From assembly GCA_051362555.1 (NCBI GenBank), contig CM120643.1, forward strand, positions 21,022,848 to 21,086,847: a DNA stretch of 64,000 nt, in the 5' to 3' direction. Each line of letters opens with the position of its first letter. Positions within the stretch are counted from its first letter, which is position 1. This stretch comes from Lingula anatina (lineage: Eukaryota > Animalia > Brachiopoda). The translations under genes were made by a program, and so were the position numbers. Positions 24,142 through 37,406 of this stretch are shown piece after piece. Below the pieces are notes generated by a model. It was given only the letters and a program-made list of their open reading frames with translations, did not search any database and was not told where the DNA came from.

Positions 24142-27100
24142 AAATGAACACCCCAGAAATGATTATCCCCCTTTTATCAGAATATGAGTTCTAGTGTGGT
24201 GGCCTTTCTGATCTGAGTCATTTTTTCATAATATGCCTGAGATGGTTAATTTTTAAGTCTGAACGTTTGTTTTTCGCTTATAGCCAGCCTAGGCATCGAC
24301 TGGACGAATCGCATCCTAACTACAGCGCGTGTGCCTTCAATGCTGCGTATTTGCATTTCCAAATAACACGAACTTCTTTTGTTTTTGTCACGATGGACAA
24401 AGTGACCAAGGATCATCTCCTGCGGATCTGGGTCTGTGATGGTTTGTTTTGGCGCCCTATTTGCATGCGCAAATATTTATTTGTCTGAAGAGTGAATACA
24501 ACCCAAGTCTACAAGCAATTGCAGCGAAAAGAGAGAAAAAAAGCGTCTACCAGAAAGCTATGTGTAAAAATAATGTCTTTTTATCTAGAAAAGTAAGTAA
24601 GCTTAGGATGCTAATGTCTATCATTCTTTTGCAGTGAAAAAAGAGCTGCACCCTTAACTAAATATGTGAGTATGCCCAATATATATATATATATATATCC
24701 ATGAACATGTATATTGGTCTGCAGAGAGACCAGTAGGCATTTCCTTTTTCTTTCGTGGCAAAAATCCCGATCTCTCATATAGATCGGATTTAAAAGCCAT
24801 GTAATTACCCATTTATTTATCTCCAACGCGCATGAGAGTTCGCACACGTGTAAACATAAATCATCCAGCTTCCGCCAGAGATATATACGGACAGTTCGCA
24901 GTGCAAGGCAACATTTTACTTGTATCACTCCATCTTTTTATTTTAAAGTGTCTAGAAATTTGTCTTGATCAAATGCAAGATCTCTCAGGCTCGCTCAGAG
25001 AGGGATTACTATATAACCACACCATAACATACATATTTCATTAATTCTTGCACTGCGAGGAGCGCTTACAGCTGCGATGTTATCTGTTCTTGTTCCTGCT
25101 TTATTAGTTAATCGAAGGGTCAAGCAAATGCCAAATATCTATAAAGATTTCAATACGTGCGCAAATGGTCCTAAAATAGTAGGATACTTGTGGGTGTTTT
25201 CACTTACCTTTACAGTGCGTTCCGTAATACAACATATCGACAGTGTTTAACGGCTTCTTAAAAGCCTCTAGTTTAATGGATTGGGGTGTTACACATTGCT
25301 GCAGAACACGGGATAACAGTACTGGCAGATTGGGGGAGGGGGGGGGGAGGCCAAAGATAAAAATGTTTGCCTAGGACGTTTTTACTATAGGATATGTATA
25401 TATAAGGCACAGAGAAAGGGGGTTTGCTTGGTTACGCTCGTTTGATGCATTATCCCCTTCTTTTTAGGGGTGGGGGTGAGAAGGGGCGGAAGGGGGTAAC
25501 TCAGAAGCTAGCTAGGGGGGTGGCACCTACCCACCACTGAACAGCATTCTATTAAAGCTGAATGTCATACCTGCCACCCTCTTCAGTCCTAGGTTCTTAT
25601 CATATCGGTCTGTCACACATTCTGTTAAATATTACATGCACATATGGTTTAAAACTTGTAAATGATCAATCCTGTATGTTCATTTGATCCTTAGGTTTAA
25701 CAGAAAAACGTACATAAGAAACATATTTTTTTTATAACGAAAAGATATTTGAGCTATTGAGAAATTGAACAGAGGTGAATCGGCTCCAGTTCTTAAATGT
25801 TTTTTCTCCCCCGGCTTATTTGCAGAATGGCATTGATAGGTGCAAGTTTGACTTCTGTTGCACAGTTGAGAGCAAGCAAATATTGGCCAGCAGGCTATAC
25901 CAAGCAGGTGGGCGAATGTTTAACAACCACATAAAGCCGTTGTGCTTATCTTTAGAAAGTACTCTTGACGCTCGGAACTTTTTGTAAACCCATAGGTGCA
26001 CGGCAGCTATTTCAGGCGCAAAGTGGATATCTCGCCCTTGAACGTGATGACAGCTATCATTTGTATGCTGGTACTTGTACTTGAGCTAAAAGAGATGGGA
26101 ATGCACGCACGCTGCTTTTACGGAATATATGTACTTACAACAAAGTCCGTTGTTAGTTTGTAGAGTTGTTAAATCGACAATTACGATGTTGGACTGTTCA
26201 GGGGAAGAAAAATTTACGATATAATGACAAAAAATGGAACTGGCACCAAAAGGACAATCCATGTATCAAACGCATGGTCACTGACATCTAATGGTGGTCT
26301 CTAGTTTTGCCGAGTTGTTAAGCACATGAAATAAACTTGCACCTTTCGAACAAGATATGGAGCCCAGTATTAAAGAACATTTATTGCTGGAAATTTAGCT
26401 TGAACTACATAAAATGAATAAGGAGAATAAAGTATTGCATACACGACTGCACATGAAGAATCTGACACCCGGTATATGGCAACGGGAACTGAATCACCCT
26501 CATCTTTTCTATCGATTCATATAGACCGAGATACCGGTATTGGTTCTAACTCTTAACCCACAAAATCACCCTTTCCCTGTGGTAAATAACAGGGCTCGAG
26601 CGTTCCAAGCCAGTCCTTATCAGGACCACGGGGTGAAGTAGAAGATAAAATCGTTGGGATTTGGAGTTAGTGATCTTGGAAGCTTGGTCCTTAAATTTCC
26701 CTTTAACAGAGTCCAGTATACAGCCAAGTACATGGCGCGAAACTGCGCGGTAAAATCGGCATCCTGTTTGATATTCGCATATATGGCAAAGTTTAATTTC
26801 CCCCCCTCAGATTTCATAGAATTCCGGTTAAAGTTTCACTTATGTGATCTGTAACATTTCCCGTGGTATTTCATGATATTTTGATTTGACTACATTTTCT
26901 GGGACGATTGACGGATGTAGCGTTTGTAATTGCATTAAGTCAGAATGTTCGTTACAGTTAACTCAGTTTTAATCTTACTTCAACCTTTATCGTCGGCAAA
27001 AAAGCCACACTTTCCGTTTACAAAAGACACATTAAGAGAAAATAATTGAATAATTCATAAATAACGCTGCCAGCTATCGTTATTCTTGGCAAACAGCTTT

Positions 27101-29099
27101 ATACATGTACAACGACCACTACCTAATCTGCAAAAAATTCCGTAACAAATCTAATATTTCTGATAGGCGCAGAAGCTATTTCTGTTGCAAGCGTTATAAT
27201 TCTGGGTTTAAACGACCTAACAACCGTTTTCACGGCCTATTAGACGTGTGAGAGGGTAACAGCGGTAGATAATCCTCCATCAGGTTTTATCACCTTCGCT
27301 GACCTCCTGTTGGCCCATATCAGTATAGAAGCACTTTTTCCACGGTAACACAGTTATCTGGCGCAACCTACGAGAGATAAACAGTGCGCTGTACTCAGAT
27401 GTGCCGGGGGATGGGTGGCTGGGTGTCTGTTCATTATTAGAATTGTCACAGTGATTCCCCCGTGCAACACCGTCTTATAAAAGCTTTTGGTTTCTTCGGA
27501 TAATAAGGATTGCTTGCTATCGTATCAGTACTTTAACAGTAGGAATGGACATAGACATGTAGAAACGAGCAAATGAGAACAACGTTGGCGAAACTGCATG
27601 CAGACTGTACATAAAATTCAGAGACACGTTTTGTGTGTTAAGCCAACTGAGGGCCCGTTTAATCCGCTGAATGATCGATGATCTCTCGAAAAGCACGTAC
27701 TCAATCACAACTTCGAATAATATACGTGAATATCTACTGATGCAAGCGCAGTTCGTAAAATGACTGATCATCAGCAATAAATAATCAGAATGCGTGAACT
27801 ACTGCTGGTTGAACGTAGGAAAATAACAAAAAAAAAAAAAAAAAAAAAAAAATTAGACCGTTGCAAAAAGCCATATCACACTGGGTGCACAGCGTGTTGT
27901 CAAATTGTTGACTTCGAAATCAATTGCAAACAACGTTAAATTTAATTTAGGCAGTTAATCTAACAATACAAAATGCAACAACAAAAGCGCAGTGTCACGG
28001 GACCGATCCTAAACTTTAAAAAATTCTAAGTCAGGTTTGAACTCGCTTATCACAAAGAGAAAAGGCTCCAGTGATAGTATACTTAAGAAACTGATCCCCC
28101 CTCCTCCTCCTCCTTCACAACGCCTGACACAAGACACCATTCTTGTTCCTGCGTGATAGAGGCATATTATCGTGCTCAAAGCAGGGAAGAAATAATGCCT
28201 GTCGGATTGGAGACGTAAAAAAATGTTATGTAACAATCTTTCTATTTATAAATTACATTCAATGATGGCAATTTGTACATTTCTGGACTGAAACAAAATG
28301 ACATTTATTATTGACTTTTGCTGACAATTAAAGTGAATGCCATTAGTGGTAGGGATAACCAGTTTAGGGGAAATGCCAAACTGAGGAAAACGCTTGTTAT
28401 ATTACCGTGTGGCGATTTTATATGCAGAAATTGAAATTTTAAATATGAATTTATTCCAACCTTTTTGAAAACGTAAATACACAAATACTAATAACTAACT
28501 CAATAAGCGTTAAAAAAGAAAAGAAAATGACATTCTTAATTGTCAAGGATCTCTTTCAACAGGATACAAACACTTAAATCCTGCTTAACAAAAAAGGTCC
28601 AGGAAAACCACAGGATGGCCCCTATTCTTAGTAGTGAGGCAAGCCTTAACCACGGACGTCTATAGGCGAAAAAAAGGGGATTTGTAAACAAACAACTCGA
28701 AGGTACACGTAATATCAGGTTGGGCGCTGAGTGTTAAAGTGAATCTCCATATTACGTTCAGTAATGTTCCAAGTTAAAAACTCAGAAATAGTCTTAAAGA
28801 CGTAATCGGATAGACGAATCACTAAACTGGATGAAATCAAAATTAAGATGCGGTGGCTACCGGTGTCATTTGTTCTTCTGGTGAAGTCACTTAGAATATT
28901 TCGGGATTTCAGGTTATTGCAGTACGTAGAGCTCAACCAGTACAATATACATCTACCTATATAAGTATAGGTTTGCCGATAATTCTGAGTTAAAAAGTTG
29001 GGATGTAATAATTGCTGAGTCATGTACAGTGTACCTTGTACATTCTGATTACTCAGTGTGTTTGCAGTTTCACTACATGTGCCAATTACACCAAACACA

Positions 29100-29252
29100 G
29101 GACACTCAGGGTGCTTGCAGTCTATAACTGTGCTTACCATTAAACAAGCATAAAGGGCACTCTGACACTCAGGGTGCAAGGAGCGTACCTAAGCGTACCA
29201 TCATACAACATAATGCGCTCTCGGACACACAGGGTGCAAGGAGCCTACCTAA
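29100..29252. repeat. Diverged tandem repeat, about 60-63 bp unit, 3 copies of the core
   Basis: GACACTCAGGGTGC occurs near 29102 and 29164, and GACACACAGGGTGC near 29224. The last two continue AAGGAGC(G/C)TACCTAA. Confidence 0.75.
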
Positions 29253-29425
29253 TGCTAAATTAAACGATTTCACTTTATTATGGATCGAAGCTGTATGTTG
29301 ACAGTCCATGTAACCGAGATTGATTTCCACCACAATTACTTCCCTTCGGTTATAGCGCACTTTAAATCTCTTCATGGAGTCATAGACATATGACAGCATT
29401 ATTTTGTTGTCAATTTGATTATCCT

Positions 29426-29461
<36 letters not shown>

Positions 29462-31053
29462 GGAGTGGGGAAGGGCTAATGCTGGAGAGTGTTCAGAGTT
29501 ATTTCTGGTTCTCTAAAGACAAAATATCTGTGATTAGAAGAGCAACATCCCTGATCTCTCTCTCTGAATGAGACACTTAACAGACATCAATTTCAGCATT
29601 TTCCTTCTTATACAATGATTACAGGTAAATGAAATAATTCACTCCTTACACTGTATATGATGTGCAATAAAACGTGAACATGAGTAGAGAAATCGAGATT
29701 TGTATTAGTATATGCCTCTTCGAATTTAAAACAGGTTAAGTTTCTGACAGACAAAGAACGGTGTGTTAAACAGGTTATGTAGAAAGTGGCAATATATATA
29801 TATATTGAATATATATATATTATGTATATTAAGTATATGACAACCCCCGCACAGAAATGGAGTAAATGGAGTAATGGAGCCTAAAAGTACAGTAGTAGGC
29901 GTTGAAGGGGGTATTCTTCTTGCCTTAAACTTCTGACCCTAACGATTAACAGCCCTTCACATCGAGGGGTTCAATTTTCTTTCTCTTCAACCCAGGGTTA
30001 GATTTGTTGCATACAATCAAACCATGCCTTGTGAGTTACATATAATAGGACCTGCTGTTGAAATACAACTACTATTCATTGGCATTCGAGACTGGACGAA
30101 AGGGACTCCCAGCGAATAGAAACTTAGCACACAAATAGAAATGACAAATGATATGACGTGCGTGAGTTGGACAATGTGTTATTTATAATGAACAATCGGG
30201 GTTCTTCAAAAGATCAATGTCTTTCAAAAACCTAATTCTGTAAGGTTTATTTAAGGTATTTGTATTGCTCAAAAGACTGCTTTTTAAAGGATCTCTTTTC
30301 AAGTTCCAAGGCAGCTAATAGTACTTTTGTACTCGTAGATCAATATGGTAATATTTCATATATTGATAGATATTAAATTATAAATGAAAATGATACATTT
30401 CATATAAACCCTCACCCTCCGCACGTACACAAACATAGAGACGGTGCACACAAACACAAGAACCAATACACACTATGTAGAACGCACACACCATTACCCC
30501 TCCCCCACACAAATAACACACACACACACACGCACACACACACACACACACACGCACACACACACACACAGTGGCACATACCAGAGGGCCACATTCCATA
30601 CAGATCCACAGGTGATATAGCGGCAGATATATGTGTGGACCAGATAGGTTCCTCAGATAATGGCACTTCGGCTGTAATGTCATTCACGTCAATTTACCAT
30701 TAGTAACGTGTTCGCTAACCAAATCAAGTTCACTGGTGGAGGCTGGATCATAGTTAAAGCGGGGGAAGAAAGAGGGGGGAAGGAAACGAGAAAAAATACA
30801 AGTAGTTTAACCCCTCACTATTTAATATCGGCTGTAATAAGTATGTATTTCTAATGTAATGTATTTCTAAAGAAAGTTAATGATGGAGAGAACTTTCCTC
30901 AACCCACCACCACAACACTCTGATAACTTGGTTATTTAGTTTGCGTGTGGTTTAGTGCTCAGATAATCCTAGTCACATTCCTAAATTATATACATGTAGT
31001 CATGAATAGTGCACCAGCATTGTATTTGTATATTTATTACTAACCACAGGTGC

Positions 31054-31097
<44 letters not shown>

Positions 31098-31558
31098 TTG
31101 TTTAATATGGAATGAATAAACCGGTTGAATGAAAGTTCTGTAGGCTTAAAATAAACCAATTGCAATAACGCGTTTTTTAAGATTCACGTGTGGTATTTTG
31201 AATTCGTTACTGGAATAATATTTACCCCCGGATACAATGTTTTACAAAAGCCTCACACGTCTTTTTGAATTCAATATAAAGCAACGATAATATTTTCCCT
31301 AGAGATACATGTAACAATAACCATGCACCAGGCGCTGCTTTAATTTCCAATACCAATAATTATTTCATTGTACATGCCCGGTCACTTTAACCGCGAAGAG
31401 GTCAAGTCCGAATTACATGTCAGAAACAAAATTATCCCAGTCATCAAAGAAGGCCATTAAACATGGAATTACTTTGAAATCAAATACTAGGCATTTCTAT
31501 AGTCTTATGAGACAACGCGACAATCTAGTATCGTGGAATGCCCTTGGCAGTTTCTTTC

Positions 31559-32177
31559 GTAACTTCCCTAAGTCGTCCCTTTAATCTATTGAAATGAATA
31601 TACATTAATGGCGAAATCTAGAACCCTAAGGTATGCATATTGACCGTCACACTAGGTCATCCTGTGTGGTGCCCGAGGGGTGGGCGGGGGGGGGGGGGGG
31701 AGTTGGGATTGGGGGGGGGGGGGGCGACAGTGCTCTTTTCAAAATTCAAACTGTTGAAATCAACACCGGTCATGAAGAGCCTTTTGTACAACGCCCCTGG
31801 TAATGGGAGGAAAGTTCTGAGGTTGACAGTTGTATTCAGTAACTTCCCTCGGTCGTCCCTATTATCTGTTGAATTTGATATACATCGTAGTGGAATCTAG
31901 AACCTTACTGTATGTACTGACCGTCACAATACTTGTACCATGTAGTTCACCATGGGTGAGATATTGTGGAAGGGGAGGGGTGCCGACAATGCCCTTTTCA
32001 AAATTCAAAGTTGCCGTTTATTCAATCCTCATACTCCTAAGATGTGAGAAAAAAAAATACGCACTGAGGCTGTCAGAATCATATTTCATAATATAGATGT
32101 GTTATCGAAGGGAGAATGGAGTTGGGGGTAGGGGTGGGGTGGTAGTGGTGGGGGCCTTTTCAAAACATAGAACTGTT
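31559..32177. repeat. Diverged tandem duplication, about 280 bp period, 2 copies plus a partial third
   Basis: GTAACTTCCCT..GTCGTCCCT..AATCTAGAACC..TGACCGTCACA..G-rich..CTTTTCAAAATTCAAA starts at 31559 and 31839. A partial GGGCCTTTTCAAAA occurs near 32152. Confidence 0.75.
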
Positions 32178-32282
32178 AATTTCTGTTCAGCTGGCACTTT
32201 CTTGAAAGAAGAGACAAGACTCGCCGAGCACCCTGAAACTCACGGACTTATATTGCATACATGTACATTTACTACATTATCA

Positions 32283-32330
<48 letters not shown>

Positions 32331-35300
32331 ATGGCATTCAGCCCCATTTCTTGATATCCTCATAATACTATCAGGTGTCATCATTCTTACTGGCTGACAG
32401 TGTTATTTGTCATGCTGCCCTGGTTCCTTCATGATGTCGAGAGAAAAAACAGGATGCCAGTGGGTAAAACCTGACAACTTTTCAAACAGTAAAGTGTATG
32501 TGCGGGCTGGTTGAATTAATAATTCTTTGTTGAAATAAACATTGGCAAATATTCACTAATAGTTACAGAAACTGAATTTTTAGGGTTTTATGATTTCAGT
32601 TAATTTTGCAGTTTGATATCGTAGATATCGTTTCCTAAAGTTAACTGTTTCATGCGCATGGTTAACAGTGCGTTATAGATAAATTTGGAGAGCAACTTTG
32701 GTTGACGTAAGCGATGTCACTCCGTTCGTGGCGAATACTATAAATATCACTCATAATGTATACTACCCACGTTTCAGAGTGTCCCAAAGTCAGCTTTTAT
32801 ATGTCTCTACATATCCTGCAAAGCTACTTATTTTACCGAATTCATACCTCAAACGATAACTCTCAAATGAAAGAATCAGATGCCGATAATATTATGTCCT
32901 TTGAATTGTACAGGTAGACTTGTCGGCCTAAACGTGTGGTAAGGCATTTAGGACTAGATTTTTTAATAAAATGGCATGAAACTTCGACTCCAATTTAGTG
33001 CAGGGACTTGGTCGAGTAATGATTCGTGATGGCGAGAAAATTGCCTTTTTTTCGAGGAAAATTCAATTTGGCGGGCAAATCCAAGTGTTGGGGAACCCAG
33101 CTCTGCTCAAGACTAACACAGTAAGTTAGTTTTGTTGGAATCGTTCAAGTACTAGTCTTATTAACTAGGCTGGCGATAATACTTTTTTTTTACTTTGGAA
33201 TAGACACGAAATACACTTTAAACTTGAACTTTCAAATGTATACATTAATACATTCAAATGAATACATTAATGAATTAAGCCATAAAAAGTACAAGGACAT
33301 ATTCCAAACGTGGCAGAAATACCCGGCATATTCCCTTCCTTACTGCTGTTTGCTGTTTAGTTGTTCAGTACACATGCACTCATCAGTTCAATAACAATAC
33401 AGCAAAGGCCTTTCAATATATGGCTTAAAAGAGTTTAGTCAATAGCGTTTGTTCCTATTTACATTTGATATGGATTGAAATGGATGAATCAGTCATACCC
33501 CCATGCATGCATTGATGAATTTGTAGCATTTAGTGTACGTGTATTGTATATTGTGACGTACTCATTTGTACAAGCAATGGGTGAGAAAGAAATAAAAGAT
33601 TATTCAGAAATGGTATCCCGACACTTTTGCTTTCTCCCCAAATTATACACATTTTATGTTATCAGCAAAAAGATACAAGGTGTGCCAAAGAAAAGAAGGG
33701 GGAAAAGATGAATTATAGTGATGTTAAAATGAAATGATAATAAAAGGAATAGGTGAATTACAAATATATAGGGATAGAAATAAATTGTTTGCACCCTGTG
33801 TTTCTTCGCCACTGATTCTACCACTACTATTGCATATACTGAAAACTACGGTGTACCTAGTCTGCGGTTAATGATCATCTATATTTCAGGCAGACACCGT
33901 AATAAATCTTTGTGAAATTATTCAGGTTGTATGTGTGCAATGATACACCTGAATTTGGCATATTGTTAGTAGTTAGCAGCAATAAAGACCGCATGTCAAG
34001 AAAAATGAAAGGGGTATAATAGATAAATAATGCTAACGTGGATATGATTCACTGTATGATGTAACCGTATATCCTTTAACGCACCTGACAAGCATCCGTG
34101 TGTTTCAAAGAGAGGAAAAGATGTTTTCGTGAGATGAATCCAGTCATTCATGAGAGAAAGGCTATGAATTATTTATGTTACTTATTTATTGTTGAAGGTT
34201 TATAAAGAAAACTCAGTTGAATAAGCCGTTCCTTTAGGATACACATTAACGGTGAAAGCTGTGCTGTAGACCGTCACTTGATACCTGGTCAGAATACCAG
34301 GTAGCCTCTTCCTGGTAATTTTCCATTCGAAGTTTGTGGTGTTAAGAGGGATAGAAGGGTGTGGGAGTGAGGGTCTCTTTTTAGGTATAAAACAAGGTAT
34401 ATATTTTTATTATTATTTTCCAAACCGAGGCCATTTCTGTAGGACCTTTAACTTCTTTTTTCTTTCTTTTTTTCTTTGCAGTCATACCTATCCGCCGATA
34501 TTCTGTGCATCCAAGTGATTTAATGAGTATTTTAAAATTCAGACATGTCAAGGTCAGAAGCGGGAAGCAAAATATAGAACTCTCTTCGATACACAATAGG
34601 GCCAACCAGGCAACGGTATTTGCAGAGCTACACAAGAGGATTAAATTTGTGGTAGTCAATATCCTTTGTTGTTGAAATGATCGATATGGACGGGCAGTCA
34701 GCCCCAAGGGGAGAAGAGGTGGGGTGGTGGGGGTTTCAAAAGCACTATTTTTGTCGTTGACTAGGATTTTTTAAATGTCAATTTAACCCTAAGCGCGTGG
34801 CGGTGAAACCAGAATAATATGACGTTTAGTCCTCTAATGATTTGGGTTCTTTGACAAGAAGAGCAGTATTAAACTTCAATTGTTGAAGGTCTACTGTTAT
34901 TTTGATTTTTATGTGAACTGTAAAAAGTGTGGTCCTTTTGTCTTAATCAGCGACAATTAAGTATACCTTATCACAGGTGTTGACCCGAGTTTTGAACAAA
35001 TGCAGCTTTCCTATCAGAACCAGAGCCGAGCAGTTCTCCATACCAATATATATACATGTCAGATTTTTTCCTAAAAATAAATACCCCTGCTCTCTTACAA
35101 GAGCCTGGAATACAAGAAGCTTAACTCTCCCCCGCTGCGACTAAATCTTCCTGAACAAACATTGGTTAAATTTACCTGGGCACCATCTCGATTCAATTTA
35201 CCTGCTCGCAACATTAAGTCAACCGATCTTCTACACATGTTTACAAATCGGGTTTCTGGATTGAGAGCGCGTCGATCTGTGTTTACACAGTGTGCCACTT

Positions 35301-35596
35301 TTCTGGAGCCTGGACCTCATTCAGACTGGATTAAAATATTGCTAACCTTTTAGAAGGCTGCCAACCTTTCGATTAGTGTATAATTACGACTTTGAATTGC
35401 TCTCTAATCGGTTTCGAGGCACATTACAGGTTCGTTTTAATGTAAAAAAAATCAATTTGAAATTATGGAGTTGTATAAGGATGGCGTGCAGTTGTTTATA
35501 TTCACACTGGACATGATGTTCCAGTTGACTGCACTTTTAAGTAAAAGCTGCATTGTGAAAAATCAATCCGCTTCAAATATCCACTCCTCTCACCCC

Positions 35597-35635
<39 letters not shown>

Positions 35636-37357
35636 TGCGTGCAAGCGCGCGAGTGTGACTCTTGAATTTGGCAGTGTAAAATGATTATGGTTAATGTCCT
35701 GATAAGGTCCTGTATAACTTCAGTGTGTTTGTACATAGATAGGTAAAGGCAGGGTTAATAAGGCTGATAGAGCAGGATGTTTTTGAAAATTATTTTTACA
35801 GTGTTGCCTAAGACACAACCACACGCGACCAGGCATTAGTGTGTGCATTGTCGTGGAAATGACACCTACTTTCATGAGCATAGAGATCATATAGGCTTAC
35901 AAACTAAAAAAATGCTAAATACACACAAACAGAGCAACAGCATCTAATTCGCCTAGAGGTAGAGAAAGAGTGGCATGTTCATGTATTTATATACCAAGAA
36001 TATTGTTTTCTTTTTGTTTTCTCTTCTTCTTTTGTGTGTGGTTGTGGGTGTGGGGGGAGGGGGGAGGGGGATGCAAACACCAAATACCATATGTAACCTT
36101 TAGTTGACCCCCACCCCCCCCCCCACCCCCCCCCACCCCCCCACCCCCACCCCCACCCCCCCCGCTACTGTACTAAAGAATTTTTAGCTTATGGTCTAGC
36201 AACCGGAAAATCTGGGAACATTATTCATAGTGAGTTGGGTTAATGTTAGTGCTCATTCGAACGCGCTTTTAAAACTGGTGTTTATCTAAGTCCCTGGACC
36301 TGACGAGCCATTTTTCTGAACACTAATGTTAAACCAACTCAGCTCAAGGACCCATCCATTTAAGTCTCTTTTCATGTCAAGTATATGCAAATCCAAAAAA
36401 TCTCTCCCAGTGTTAGAAGAGAAAAGTGACCCGGGCAAACACATGAATTTCAAATTTCTCCGTTCTTGTGGAATCAATCGATCCATTTTGTTGAAGTACT
36501 GTTCTTTCTTCTTGGAGCTCCGTACGCTTTTTATCAAATGAGACTTCAGACCTTAGGGTATACATGATTTAACTGGCAATGAAAAGCTTTGAGTCATTAA
36601 AATTGAAACGCATTCACCCTTTTCGTGGTAGTGTATTTAGCTGTTGATGCAGAACTCCAGCGTGTTGGGACATTTATTCAACACTGCTGAATTCGTTTTC
36701 AAGATAAAACAACCTGAAAATCACAGATTTTCCTCGAGCGATGAGGATCAGCATCATATTAATCAAGTGTCATGTCAATTGCACTAGTGGATGAAAGATT
36801 TTGCTAAGGGAGGGTGGGTGCGCAAAGATAAATATATTTTGTTAAGCAAAGCAAGACCAATATGAAAGGACTGACAAGGACACTTTTTCCGTAATACGTA
36901 AGGCAACAGGGATGGTAAAATACTTAGTTTTGTCGCATTGCGCTATTCATAATCGTACTGTTTTTAGGAGGGAAAGGAGTTTATCACAGAATCTAAAGGA
37001 GGGGACAAGGAGAGGGGGAAAGAATGAATCTGCTGCTTGCTCGCCAGTGCTATAATGGTCCCCAATCCTTTCCTGTCCTCGGTCAATCTCAGCGGCTGTC
37101 TGTAGACCAGACCGGGTGTGTCCATTCTGTGAGGCCGTCCTGTGTTCTCTCTCTCTTCAGCGTAAACACTGAAATATATCTTATCTACAGTGTGGATTTA
37201 TTAGTTTATAATATACATACTCGAATTAAAAAAGAGCATATAATTAGTATAAATATGTGTGAAATAATGATGCACAAAACAGAGAAAAAGACTTGCATAC
37301 TATAGTGATGCAAAGTGTTGAAATTATTATATACATCATTTATATTATATTAAGCTT

Positions 37358-37406
<49 letters not shown>

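Noticed and set aside
28715-29179. 154-aa minus-strand ORF
   Set aside because: Starts at GTG inside a tandem repeat, with no recognisable motif or splice structure. It is compatible with chance.
33360-33392. CUGAUGAG plus a short stem on the minus strand
   Set aside because: Followed by UGAAC rather than GAAA, so the hammerhead core is incomplete.
36105-36163. Long poly-C/G tracts (also near 2327, 3470, 13174, 42537) as functional G-quadruplexes
   Set aside because: They are scattered throughout the window as background, and homopolymer lengths are unreliable in assemblies.
36286-36700. hAT-transposase-like snippets (VPTRWSS; LIKSVRSSKKKE) on the minus strand
   Set aside because: The motifs occur in the wrong order for a hAT transposase and are separated by stops.
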